Positions 39,196-51,550 of a stretch of DNA of 64,000 nucleotides are shown one piece after another. Within the stretch, counting starts at the first letter, position 1. Every line of letters begins with the position of its first letter. This DNA comes from Chiloscyllium plagiosum (Eukaryota), in NCBI RefSeq assembly GCF_004010195.1, contig NC_057719.1, positions 27,711,458 to 27,775,457 of the forward strand, written 5' to 3'. The translations under genes and the position numbers were made by a program. Below the pieces are notes generated by a model. That model saw only the letters and a program-made list of their open reading frames with translations. It was not told where the DNA came from and did no database searches.

Positions 39196-40034
39196 TTGGA
39201 CACCAAGTTTATAATTATTAAGAATTCAACTTTACAGAACACAGATGAAGAACAAAGCAATCTAATTGATATCTATAATCCAAGCCTAACCTTCTTTGAT
39301 CAAAAACCCCCATTCAAACACTGACTCAATTAAGGGATAACTTTTAAATAAAAAAGTATTAAGTTGCCAATTCTATAACCATTTCAACAATAATTATCAG
39401 GTTTTCAAGAAATCCGATGGCTTGCATTCTGAAGACACTGGCAAATGCTAACAGTTTCCAGAGACCTTGGAAACGTTTCCTTATTTCTCACAGGCTGGGA
39501 TTTTTTTCTCCACCTCAGATATATCAATAACTGGAGAATAGCTGAAGAGAAGGCAAAACCAAAACCCTAATTTGGCAATTTCCAAAACAACACTGCCACC
39601 TGCCCAAAACCAGTTCCTTCTTAGGTTTCTCCTTTTGCAACATTCTCTGTGGTTGATTGACCAGTGCAGCTCCTTCCTTGATTAGCTACTTCAACATCCA
39701 ACCAGCTGTCAGTCCCTGAGCGCAACAGCATCTCATTGCCAGTTTGTCTATAGTGTTCTTAGTGCTTGATCTTTCCAAGTCAGTTACCAACAGTAAACAG
39801 CAATCTTTTGTTCTTTTTTTTAAATAAAAGCAAGGTGTTATTCCGTATTCAATTATCAACTGCAATTCACATTTCCAAACCAAAATAAGAAGAAAAGAAA
39901 AATAATAATGGTATAAAGTGAGAAGTAGGAACTGAAAGAAATCAGTATTACCATGGAAATGCTGCTGGAAAATATGATGCAATTAAAGACCCTGATAAAC
40001 TTCCACAGCCCAATAATTTACATCCCAAATTACT

Positions 40035-40872
40035 TAAGGAAGGGGTGCAAAGGTTTACCAGACTGACTCCTGAGGTGGCAGGACTGACATTCGAGGAGAG
40101 ACTGGATTGATTAGCACTATATTCAGTGGATTCTAGAAGAATGAGTGAAGATCTAATACTAATGAGTACAGACAAGGTAAATGAAGGAAGGATGCTCCCA
40201 GAGACTGGGGAATCCACACACAGGGGTCATGGATTAAGGACATCGAGTAGGTTATTTAGGTGTGGGATAAAGAGAAATTCATTCACCCAAAGACCGGTGA
40301 GCCTGTGAAATTCTCTATCACAAATAGCAGTTGAGGCCAAAAAATTGTCTGGATCAGATGAATTAGCCATAAAGGAAAGGTTGGACAAAATTGGATGGTT
40401 TTTGTTAGTGTCACAGGCTGAGTGATGAACTGCTAGAAGTATATAAAATTATGAGAGGATCTATATATTATATATAGACTAGTCGAGGTTGGGAAACTTG
40501 GGTAGCATGGATGAGTTGGACTGAAGGATCTGTTTCTGCACTGTATGACTCTGTAACTCTATGCATAGATAAGGTGGATAATCAAGAGTTTTTATCCCAG
40601 GGGCATACATTTAAGGTAAGCAGGACGGGGGTGCAATTTAAAGGAGATGCGCAAGCAAATTTTATTTTTAAAAACACACCAGTGTTGTACTGTTCAATTT
40701 ATGTTATATTGAATATTTTCAAAAAGGATATAGATATAGTTCTTAGGGTTAAAGGGATTGACAGGTTTGGGGAGAAAGCAGGAACCCATACTGAGTTGGA
40801 TGATCATACTGATTAACAGAGCAGGTTTGTAGGGCTGAATGGCCTGATGCTGCTCCTATTTTCTATGTTCCT
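40035..40872 (+). mobile_element. Mosaic of CR1 3' fragments
   Basis: VQRFTRL.P...ERLD.L.LYS motifs and several CR1 tails. Confidence 0.65.
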
Positions 40873-40875
40873 AAT

Positions 40876-41155
40876 ATGAGGTCCTGTCTGCCTCTCAGGA
40901 AGATGTAAAAGGTCCCATCACACTACTTACAGAAAAGCATCATCCTGGCTAATATTTATTCCTCAACCAAGTCATGGAATAAGAAAGTTGACACAGTCAT
41001 TACTTCACCATTGTTTGTCAAATCCCACTGTGCAGACAGTTGCCACTTCTGCCTACATTACAGCAGTAGCGAGACTTAAAAGACTTAACTGGCTGCAAAG
41101 CTCTTTGGGCATCAGATGAGGTGAATAGTGCTAGATAAATACAAAATTATTCTTT
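40876..41155 (+). mobile_element. DeuSINE 3' half
   Basis: gaggtcctgtctgcctctcaggaagatgtaaaaggtccca...ggctaatatttattcctcaacc...cctacattacagcagt. Confidence 0.7.
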
Positions 41156-44100
41156 CTTTAAAGATAAAGTCTATTATTTTATCAATGTGCCAATGAACAG
41201 TTATATTCTGCAACTATTATATTGTTTTCATTTACTGCTTGCTATTCTTTGTAACAAAGTAACACCACGGTTTATATCCTAAGCCACAATCAGGTTGAAT
41301 GTTTATTCAATCACTTTGAGGTTCAGAAGATCACGAAATTATTCATGATATAGTCCACACACTAAACACAATAACAAATACCTTATTCAACTCTTATGCT
41401 TGGTATAGCACCAGATAATGGCTATAAAAATCCACAAGGTGTTCACACGGATCTAAGATGCATTGGTGCTGAACAAGAGGCAATTAGCTGAGTCGTAGTC
41501 TAAAAATACTTTTTGGTGGGATTGGGGAAGAAAAATTAAAACAACAAGGAATGGTGAATCCATAAAAATGACATTAAACAGATACTTGCTCGCTCATTCT
41601 TCCCCACCCAAATAATATTCTAAATCTTGATGAGGGCCTGATCTTTTCATTGGCATGCTGAGCTTGTTCCTCTTCGTTTCCAAGGTAACCATTCAATTTT
41701 CCTCAGCTGCATTTTGTCAGATGAAAGGCTTACTTTCATAAAACCTTCAACTACCATGGCACAATGTAATTCCGCTGCATGAAATGAGGATGGATACTGA
41801 AAAACCCTAATGTGCATAAATCAACACCAAAATACTGCGTTAAGTCAAAAGATCTGTGCAGACCATCATATGCGGATGCATTTCTAACTTTCCTGAAAAT
41901 ATTATCATCCTGTAAACTTACAACCAGTTTCCTTTGCTCTTATAGTGAAGAGGAGTGAGAGGATTTATTGTTATGAGACAAAATACCCAAACAGAAACTG
42001 GTGGAAATAGAATTCATATTTGCTTTAAATAAAGTGGTCAAATGTTTGTTTAAAAATGAGGAGGCACGTCCCAGGGTATGGAAAGAAATGAGGGATCAAG
42101 TTTGATGAGAATTGTGAAGGGTAGGAAATAAAAAAAAGAGAAGACCTGTCATCGAGTGGAAGGAAAGCAAGAGGAGATTAAAAGGATGATGATCACAAGG
42201 CAAAATGAGATTATAATAGACCACGTAAAGGAATAAATAAAATGGGTCCAGAGGAAATGGAAATAGGAATAGTGGAATCACTGCCAACAACTGCTGCCTC
42301 CAACAAAATGAAGATTCCGTGCATATTATCTGAAGATGATCAAGTCAACAGCCACTGGAATGCTGAAAGTTGAAGGGAAGGTATTATGGTGGTGGCATCA
42401 CACTGATAGCAGAAACGTCAGACTGTGACACAGACTGGTGAGTGGATGGTGTGAACAAGGGATCGCTGTCATGATTCTGGGAGGAAAGGACAATTGGGAA
42501 GAGGTGACAGCAGATGTGTAGAAAATAAGAAATCATGGGTCTTGACACAAAATATTAACTTCTCCTTCAATCCTTACCGATGCTGCTAGACCTGAGCATT
42601 TTGTTCAGGATATTAAATAGTGCAAACAAGATCAGCCCATGGTATCAAAAGGCAACAAAATATTACCTATTACTGACTTAAAGTCAAATATCCACCTGCA
42701 AATTTGCCTCACACTGCATTCGACCACATACTTATCCCCCCTCCTTTTAAGGAAATATGACATTGTCGAGGTTCTGCTGCTGCTGACCCTCTTGCAGATA
42801 GTTTTGCGTTCCCAGGACCACCAGGAGTGGGTGGTTGCAGTTGAAACTGGGCCCTTAGGATTGGGAACACGGAGTGAGGGGGTTTATCCATGATCGGAGT
42901 CAGGATGGGCCTTCATTCCTTCAGTCTGTGTGACCAGTAGCACAGGCTCTGGGTTGTTGGGGAGTTGGGAATGGGTAATTTCCCATCACAATCTCCCAGG
43001 CCAGATTCCACAGACCAAGATCTAAGCTGCTACTTTTCAGCCTGTGTACACTGAAATTATAAACATTATTTGATAACTGTATTTGCTGGTTAAACATGAT
43101 CAATGTAGTGGAAATAGAGAAAGAATACGTTGCATAGGGTGTGCCGTATTAAGATCTGTCTTAACACAGGTGCTGCAACTGCATGTCACCGAATTCAGTC
43201 AAGCAAGAAGTAGTGCAAACAAATAATTTCCTCAATGTGACTTCTCTTTGGTCTTTTTTTAAGCTGAAGAAATAGGCTTTGGAAATAATTTCTTCATGTA
43301 AAGGGTGACTATGATTTCGTATGATTTTTGGGCTCATTCAAGACCCAACTAAACCTGGAAAATGAACAAGATCTATGCCTTTCCTCATCTCCTTTGATCT
43401 TATCTGAATAGCTTGTTGACAATGGTATGAGAATACTGTATTTATTTCTCAGTCTCAGAATACTATCCCATGGGATTTTTGTGTGCCAGGGAAGGCTGAC
43501 ACATAGAGATCCAAACTACTGATAACCCGAGAAAAGTAACTTCCATTTGCACAACAAAGCACAGGCTAACGCCTAACAGAGTCACTTGTCTTTTCTACCC
43601 CATGAGAACCTACAGGGGTCAGTATTAAATAAAATTTTAAAGCCATGCTGCAGCTAGAGTCTAGCCAACTAAAGTCAATGCAACACTAATGCTGGCTTTC
43701 CAGAATCACACTGCATTACTGGAACACAGGATGTTCCAATCAATTCCAGAATCTGGAAAGCTTAGTCATCGCTATCTGTAGCAAAAGTCTAAAAGTAATG
43801 TTTACTGGGCAGGTCACAATTTTATAGCAGTGATCAGTGCTGAGCTCTATCATCAGAATTGCATTTGAGTGCTGTGGTTTTCTGAATAATTTTGAATAAT
43901 AAGCAAAGGTTCGATATCTCAGTGAATTATTTTTAAAAAGTGTTAAAATGGTTACATTTATCCCATAATCCTTTAGGATATATAACAGTCCTGCTGCAAA
44001 CAGTATTTATTTGTTTTGCTTTCAAGTATTCAAGAATTTTCATGTATAATACAAATATTAACTGTCCCTTACCCCTTATAATTATTATACTAAGGAGGAC

Positions 44101-44344
44101 ATTTTTAACATAGGCATTGCATCTATTCCTAACATTAAGAAATAATTTTCAGATGTAAAAACAGAAAATAATGAAAATATTCAAATGGTCAGACAGTATC
44201 TGTGAAGTACAAAAGAGTTACTGTTTTAGGCTAACAAACTATTATTCCAAATTCTAACATTTGCAGCATTTTGTCTCTGTAATTTTTCTAATGTTAGTCA
44301 AACTTACCACATTCATGTAATCGGCAAATGGATGCATACGTTTT

Positions 44345-44672
44345 AGGGTGAAGTGGTTAGCACTGCTGCCTCACAACACCCGGGTTCAATTCCTTTTTGT
44401 GCAACTGTCTGTGTGGAACTTGCACATTCTCCCGCATCTGCGTTGGTTTCCTCCAGATGCTCCAGTTTCCTCCCACAGTCCAAAAGATGTGCAGGTTAGG
44501 TGGGACTGACCAGCTAGATTGCCCCACAGTGTTCAGGGAGGTGCAGGCTACGTGGGTTTGCTACTGTAAATGTGAGGTTACAGGGATAAGGGTAGGGGGC
44601 TGAGTCTGGGTGGGATGCCCTTCAGTGGATTTGATGGGCCGAATAGCCTGCTTCCATACTATAGGGATTGTA
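44345..44672 (+). mobile_element. HE1-type V-SINE
   Basis: gtggttagcactgctgcctcac...gggttcaattcc...gtttcctcccacagtccaaa. Confidence 0.85.
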
Positions 44673-44822
44673 ATAAGACAGAGGTTTCATCTTTTTGTAA
44701 AAGCATATCAAAGGATAGTTTCTCAAGAGTCGATCTAACAAAAGCATCCACTGCGACCCAGAGGAACACCGAAGATGATCTCGACAAGAATCAATTTTCT
44801 TAACACAAGCTCCAAACATTAC

Positions 44823-44949
44823 CTTTCTCTCTGCTGTGCTTTTTAACTGAGGAATTCCGATTTCTTTCGGAACTCTTCACTTGTGCCCAGTCAGACCCAG
44901 ATTCTGAAGACTCCACTTTCACTTGTCGATGCCTTCTGGATCTAGATGC
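44823..44949 (-). CDS. SNAPC1: SNAPC1 coding exon 8 (127 nt): ASRSRRHRQVKVESSESGSDWAQVKSSERNRNSSVKKHSREK + 1 nt
   Basis: Conserved ASKSRRHRQVK motif. Acceptor cacatgaag (weak), donor AAAG|gtaatg, ends in phase 1. Confidence 0.9.
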
Positions 44950-45265
44950 CTTCATGTGAAATAACAATATTTTGAAAAAAAAATTAATGATTGTTACATT
45001 TAATAAATAATTTCAACATCAAATCATTGGGCTGAATTTAACATGCCCCTTTCAGGCATATTTTCAGCAGCTGAAAAGAGGCACAAATAGAGTGGGTGAC
45101 CAGCCTACCACCTTCTCAATGACTTGGGTTTCTCCATAAGAGGAGGCCTCGACAGGTGCTAAAAATCAGCAACATGCCTGTCATGTTTCAAAAAATAATG
45201 AAGGATCAACTAAGATCATAAAAGCTCAATTAGAGTCACACAGCATGAAAACAGAGCCTTCGGTC

Positions 45266-46345
45266 CTCTTCCCACCCTATCTCTTGCAACTCCCACAGCT
45301 ATCTGGATTACACCTCTTCCCACCCTGTCTCTTGCAACAACCGACTTGATACTGACATTTTTTACAAACCCACCGACTCCCACAGCTACCTGGATTACAC
45401 CTCTTCCCACCCTATCTCTTGCAAAAAATGCCATCCCGTATTCCCAATCCTCCGCCTCTGCCGTATCTGCTCCCAGGAGGACCAGTTCCACCACAGAACA
45501 CACCAGATGGCCTCCTTCTTTAGAGACCGCAATTTCCCTTCCCACGTGGTTAAAGATGCCCTCCAACACATCTCGTCTACATCCCGCACCTCCGCCCTCA
45601 GNNNNNNNNNNNNNNNNNNNNNNNNNNNNNNNNNNNNNNNNNNNNNNNNNNNNNNNNNNNNNNNNNNNNNNNNNNNNNNNNNNNNNNNNNNNNNNNNNNN
45701 NNNNNNNNNNNNNNNNNNNNNNNNNNNNNNNNNNNNNNNNNNNNNNNNNNNNNNNNNNNNNNNNNNNNNNNNNNNNNNNNNNNNNNNNNNNNNNNNNNNN
45801 NNNNNNNNNNNNNNNNNNNNNNNNNNNNNNNNNNNNNNNNNNNNNNNNNNNNNNNNNNNNNNNNNNNNNNNNNNNNNNNNNNNNNNNNNNNNNNNNNNNN
45901 NNNNNNNNNNNNNNNNNNNNNNNNNNNNNNNNNNNNNNNNNNNNNNNNNNNNNNNNNNNNNNNNNNNNNNNNNNNNNNNNNNNNNNNNNNNNNNNNNNNN
46001 NNNNNNNNNNNNNNNNNNNNNNNNNNNNNNCAGCTCAGCACTGTCCCCATGACTTGTCCGACCTGCCAAGCTCCTTTTCCACCTATCCACTCCACCCTAT
46101 CCTCCCTGACTATCATTTTCATCTCCTCCCCCACTCACCCATTGTACTCTATGCTACTCTCTCCCAACCCCCACCCTCCCCTAGCTTATCTCTCCACGTT
46201 TCAGGCTCACTGCCTTTATTCCTGATGAAGGGCTTTTGCCCGAAACGTCGATTTCGAAGCTCCTTGGATGCTGCCTGAACTGCTGTGCTCTTCCAGCGCC
46301 ACTGATCCAGAATCTGGTTTCCAGCATCTGCAGTCATTGTTTTTA
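45266..46345 (+). mobile_element. Penelope-like element nested in a CR1 3' tail; contains N gap 45602-46030; 9-bp TSD
   Basis: MASFFRDRNFPSHVVKDALQHISS. TSD ccttcggtc at 45257-45265 and 46346-46354. Host CR1 tail at about 45225-45265 plus 46346-46680 (minus strand). Confidence 0.88.
46222..46249 (+). ncRNA. Minimal hammerhead-ribozyme-like core in a Penelope terminal repeat
   Basis: CTGATGA-A-GGGCttttGCCC-GAAAC-GTC. Palindromic ACGT helix III is typical of Penelope minimal hammerheads; helix I pairing is weak. Confidence 0.65.
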
Positions 46346-47281
46346 CCTTCGGTCTAACCAGTCCATGCCGAACATAATCCCAAACTAAACTAGTCCCACC
46401 TGCCTGCTCCGGGGCCCATATCCCTCCAAAACTTTCCTATTCATATATCCATCCAAATGTCTATTAAATGTTGTAATTGTTCCCGCACCCACCAGTTCCT
46501 CAGGAAGCTCATTCCACACACAAACCACCCTCTGTGTAAAAGATATGCCTCTTAAGTTTCTTCCTAAATCTCTTTCCTCTCCCCTTAAAAATCTGGCCCC
46601 AGTCTTGAAATCCCCCATCTTAGGGAAAAGATAACTACCACCAGATTAAGCTATACCTCTCATTATTCTATAAACTTCTTGACCCAATATTTTGCTGTCC
46701 ATGAAATAACTGAAATGGCATAGACAGGAAAGCTAGACTGCATAGCTCATTTGTAAAAATAATAGTTTTTTTAAAAGGCTGGAATGAAAGAGGGTCCTAT
46801 CTTTGGTAACCTTTGTGTGTGGGAATGCTCCACATCTTGCCCAATATCCCTGACTTACTGAGGTCTGAGATTACTGGGATCTTCACCCAACGTTGGAATC
46901 CCAGGATCCTCCACAGCCAAACTAATGGGACAGCAAGTGGTGCTAGCCTCCAATCAAGCCCCATGCTGTCCTTGTTAATGTTGTCCATATTGGATTTTAG
47001 CTGCAGAACTAATATGTTTCTTCACTGTCAGAAACCAACAAAATTCTGCCCATTGTTTTATAGTCACAACAATGCAAAAGGATGAGTGCCAAGAAATTAA
47101 AGCCTGAGCAAATACACATAAACAAGAGGAATAGAAACCTTCGAAGTGATTTACCCCAGGCCAGTCAATGGAATTGTTGGACCAATCCTACAAAAAGGTA
47201 GTTAGTAACTGACTAGGATACATTGATACAGATGAAGATTGAGATAATGAAGATTGAGATTGAGGTTGAGAAATTCCAATA

Positions 47282-48098
47282 AGGTGGCGGTGCAGTAGGG
47301 CTTCTGCACTCCGGGCTTGACTGCTCTATCTGCACAGTGGACTCGAGTAAGCCCAGCAGTGCAGACTCATGGTGGTGGAGATGGGTTTGGGTTCCTAATA
47401 ATATCTACACATTCAGTGCAGATTCATAGAGATGGCGGAGGCGAGTCTGGGTTCCTTGTAAAATCTGCATCCAATGCAGATTCATGGAGGTGAGTTTGGG
47501 TTCCTTGTAACATCTGCTTCCAGTGCAGATTCATGGAGGTGGCACAGGTGAGTTTGGCACCCTAATAATATCTACACATCCAGTGCAGATTCATGGAAGT
47601 GGCGGAGGTGAGTTTGGGTTCCTAATAACATCTGCATCCAGTACAGACTCATGGAGGTGGCAGAGGCAAGTTTGAGCCCAGTACAAGACCCAACAGCAAC
47701 TGCATCAGTGAGGTAGGCCCAAAGCAGACTCATGACAGCGGTGGAGTTAGACTGGTACAGTACCCAGCAGAATCTGCATGGCAAAGTTCAGTGAGGACTC
47801 AGTGACAAAGGCATTGGTGGAAGGGAGACAGCACCTAAGAATGACAACTTTCATTCCAGCAGCAACAGCAGTGTGGTGAAGAGAACTCGTGCCTGGCCAC
47901 CAGGCCCATGGCCTACAATGGTACTTTAACAAGAAGGATTGTAAAGTTGGATACTTTCTTTATTTTTTTTATTTTTCTGCCTTCATATTCAGTGTTTTGA
48001 TTTATTTTTCTGTGATTTAAGATGACGTTGGAGATCGACAACACTAAAAACACTTTTCACTGTATTTTGTAACAAGATACATATGACAAATAAATAAA
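47282..48098 (+). mobile_element. Non-coding element with an internal 49-60 bp tandem array and a LINE-like 3' tail
   Basis: About 6 units cagtgcagattcatggaggtgg...gggttcctaataacatctgcatc (47357-47680). Ends acttttcactgt...atgacaaataaataaa. Possible ccaata TSD. Confidence 0.5.
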
Positions 48099-48299
48099 CC
48101 AATATTGAAAAAGAAAGAGGTCAAGAGTCAACACTGTCTTAGAATTTTGCAATTCATGGACCGACTTGATTGTATTTAATCTGCAATGTTACAGCAGATA
48201 TCTCTGGATTAGGAAAGCACTCCTGTTACTCCAGGCTCCACAGGAACATCAATGGTGCTATATTGAAGTCAACTGTGAAAAATAAATGCTCATAGCATC

Positions 48300-48715
48300 A
48301 GAGCTAGCAGGAAGCAGAGAGTAGGAATAAGTGGATCTCTCTCAGGCTGGAAGGGTCTCAACAGGTGCCATGCTGCAGGGCTCGGTGCCAGAGCCTAACC
48401 TTTTCCAATTTACATAAACAATTTGAATGAAGAGACCGAAGGGATGGTAGATACATTTGCTGCTTTCATAAAGATAGGTAGGTAAATGAGTTGTGAAGAG
48501 GATATAAGAGGCCTACAAAAGGGATATAGATAGGTTAGATGAGTGGGCAAAGAGCTTGCAAATTGACTATAATTTAGAAAAGTGTGAAAGTGTCCATTTT
48601 GTCAGAAAGAATAAAAAAGCATAGTGTCTAAATGGCGATGGTTGCAAAGCTCTGAGATCGAGCGATCCTGCACAGAACGTTATGCAGGTGCAGCAAGCAA
48701 TCAGGGAAGGTAATT
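48300..48715 (+). mobile_element. Old CR1 RT fragment
   Basis: Degenerate QGSV..P.LF.IYINNL...DIDRLDEWAK. Confidence 0.65.
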
Positions 48716-48970
48716 GTCCAGATCTTTGCACATGGACTGTTTCAGCATTTAAAGAGTTTTAAATGCTGCTGAACATGGTGTAGTCATCACCAAACACCAC
48801 CACTTCTGACTTTATATGGGGAAAAAATTTTAAAAATGCACAATGCGATTATGAGATCAGTTCTCCATCTTGGGGTAACAAACATTAATTTTTGCAATCA
48901 TTCCTTATCATTCATCAGGGATAAGCAATAACTAAGTATTTTAACAAAAATGAGTATTTGGCATACAAAC

Positions 48971-49033
48971 CTTCACTGTGGAATTGTATGATTTTGACTT
49001 TATCTTTGCCAGGGTCTGTGCACGACTGGAGCC
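48971..49033 (-). CDS. SNAPC1: SNAPC1 coding exon 7 (63 nt): GSSRAQTLAKIKSKSYNSTVK
   Basis: Acceptor ttcttcttag, donor AAG|gtttgt. Matches RAESLAKIKSKAF. Confidence 0.93.
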
Positions 49034-51320
49034 CTAAGAAGAACAAACACTCACTTTAACCAGTTTCAGCATTACTTTGCTTACTTAAAGAATACAAAGT
49101 AGAATGAAACATTGCTAAATAAATGATTTTTTTGCTTAGTTTTAACCAATTTTTCCATTATGCATTTGATTTGACATTAAAAATGTATTGTAATAACCTC
49201 AAACATTTAGTTGATGAGGCTGAAGTTGATAACATTGTACCTCAGCTTTGGATCAACTGTAGGTAGATTGGGAGTATGGGACTCAATGCACTGATGTATT
49301 TTTCCACTGATTTCAGAAGGCCAAAATTGGTTTTAGATACAAATCAAGCCACTGCCCTAATTACAAGTATTATTATACCTGGACTTTCTTCTCAAAATGT
49401 TATCAGTGCATGCTAACATAAGCATCTTCAATCAACCATGACGTGAGGTAACAGTGTGACAGCAGCATTTTTTTCATGAGAAGAAGCGGATATTAAAAGG
49501 GAAGATTGATGCAGCAACTCAGTGCCTTCTGTTGTAATGTTGGCCAATGGAAACTGCTGCATAATTGCAGGTGTAGCTATAGTGACAAAGTTTTCACAAG
49601 CAACACCTTAAATACACTGACATAAAACATGTACTTCATGTTAAACAGATATGATCATTTAGGAGCCAAGCACTCAATCAAAGAAAACACTTGTGCACTT
49701 GATTTTCACCATATTATTTTTGCTGGCAAATGCATAAAATTATTCATTGATGCAAATGCCTTGCGAATACAAGTACGGGATCTCGTGGTCAACGATGGTG
49801 TTACTGCTCATTTTAACCATATGTAGTTAATATATTGGGCAACACTATGCTATGACACTGCCTTCAAAAAGCATGTACTGACAACATTGGATTCTTGGTT
49901 AGCAGTATAAAAATACCAGTTTAGAATACTTCACAACAATTATATATTGAAGAGAGGAAAGAATAAGGAAGGTGTACACCTTTAATGAATTCAACTTAGC
50001 CTCTACTTAAAAGATTAAACTTTTCTCTTGATTCGAACTAACATTCTGTAATGGATGTTTATATTTAGCTAATAACTAACAGCAAGTCCGCATGAACAAG
50101 GTGACAGAGTTGGCTCTAAAGATTGTTTACAGTTTCCATAGTGGACTACCAAGACAGGGACACCTCAGGTGGGGACTAACCGGAAAGAGCTTTTCCCAGC
50201 TTCCAGTGCTGGTACAGCAGCCTAATGTACTACACACATATAAGTAACTCCAGCTATGTGGGAGTTCTGACTATTACCAGGTGGTCAATCGACCCTATAT
50301 AAAATTATCAATTTTTTTCAGATCTCAGTAAATATGGCAGTATCACTTGAGAGGCATTTGCAATATAAATGAACCACAAATTCAAGAGAAACAAATATAC
50401 AGCATTTGTAGCCTGGAAACAACTGTTTCTCTCTTGTGAATCTAATGGCTCTTGGGTTGAGAACAGGAAAAACAGAATACATTTTGCAAGTTGAAGGCAA
50501 AATTGTACTCATGACTTATAAGTTTTGCACAGCTTTCCACAGCTACAAATTAATATAAGTTTTTGCTTTTATATTTATCAAGTGTTAAAAATGATCATCT
50601 AATCCTTATAAAATCTCCACAGTCACCAACTGCATAAGTACTAAAAATTAGATACATTTAATAATTTCACTACCTTGCTCCTTCTCTTTCCCTTCAATCA
50701 ACGCTAAAATTAATCTTTGCTTCTTTACCATGTCAACCTGGAGTGATATCCTTGATCATACAGCAATCCTAAAAATTAGGTTTGAAAACTCTCCAAAAGT
50801 GACAGGTGAATGGACCTCAGTGGGAGATGGGGTATGGGCAGCAGAGTGAAGACCTTATTTATAAAGTGGAGAAGACAGGAGACTCTCCAGCAGGTGGCCA
50901 GAACAGCACTGTAATAGCCAGAACTAGAAGGAACAACAGCAAAAATATTGATGCAAGTTTCAGCACCAGCAAGCAATATTGTGGATGGAAATAGGAAGTC
51001 TTTGTGATGTGAACAGATATGGAGTGAGGAGATCATACAGAACACCAAAATCATGAACTGGCAGACACTGGCCAGAGGGACCATTGAAATCAATAGCAAA
51101 GAATAGAATTTAAGACAATTTAATGAAACCAATGCATCAAAACTAAGCGAACTCTTCAACACTCCAACTGATCCTCTTCCATAAGGATGTGGACTTGTTG
51201 CATTTATGAAGCAGTTAGAAAGTTAATTCTGCTGATATTTCTTGTGATTGACCTCATAACAATGGTCTTTTGTGACACTCTTTTATGATGCTCAATCTTT
51301 GCAGTAAGTATTAAGGGTTA

Positions 51321-51550
51321 GAGTCAAAAAGTGTGGTGCTGGAAAAGCACAGTCGATCAGGCAGCATCTGAGGAGTTTCACAGATCTGAGGAGCAGCATC
51401 TGAGGAGCAGGAGAGTCAACGTTTTGAGCATAAAGTATTCATCCTGATGAAGAGCTCTCCTGCTCCTCGGATGCTGCCTGCCCGGCTGTGCTTATCCAGT
51501 ACCACACTTTTTGACTCTGATCTCCAGCATCTGCAAACCTCACTTTCTCC
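51321..51550. mobile_element. Fold-back Penelope-terminus insertion with about 12-bp TSD
   Basis: Inverted arms gagtcaaaaagtgtggtgctgg / ccagtaccacactttttgactc. Flanks ttaagggttaga (51311-22) and ttaaggattaga (51551-62). Confidence 0.75.

Noticed and set aside
41586..41791. Candidate SNAPC1 exon 9 (minus-strand LSMPMKR motif)
   Set aside because: The plausible acceptors give in-frame stops in phase 1, and there is no good donor in the LSMP frame.
45346..46278. Long ORFs of 178-310 aa here and at 28596-29531
   Set aside because: Their length is an artefact of reading through N gaps; only the flanking Penelope peptides are real.
47357..47680. CRISPR-like array of about 59-bp period
   Set aside because: Whole units are homologous; it is a degenerate tandem repeat without spacers.
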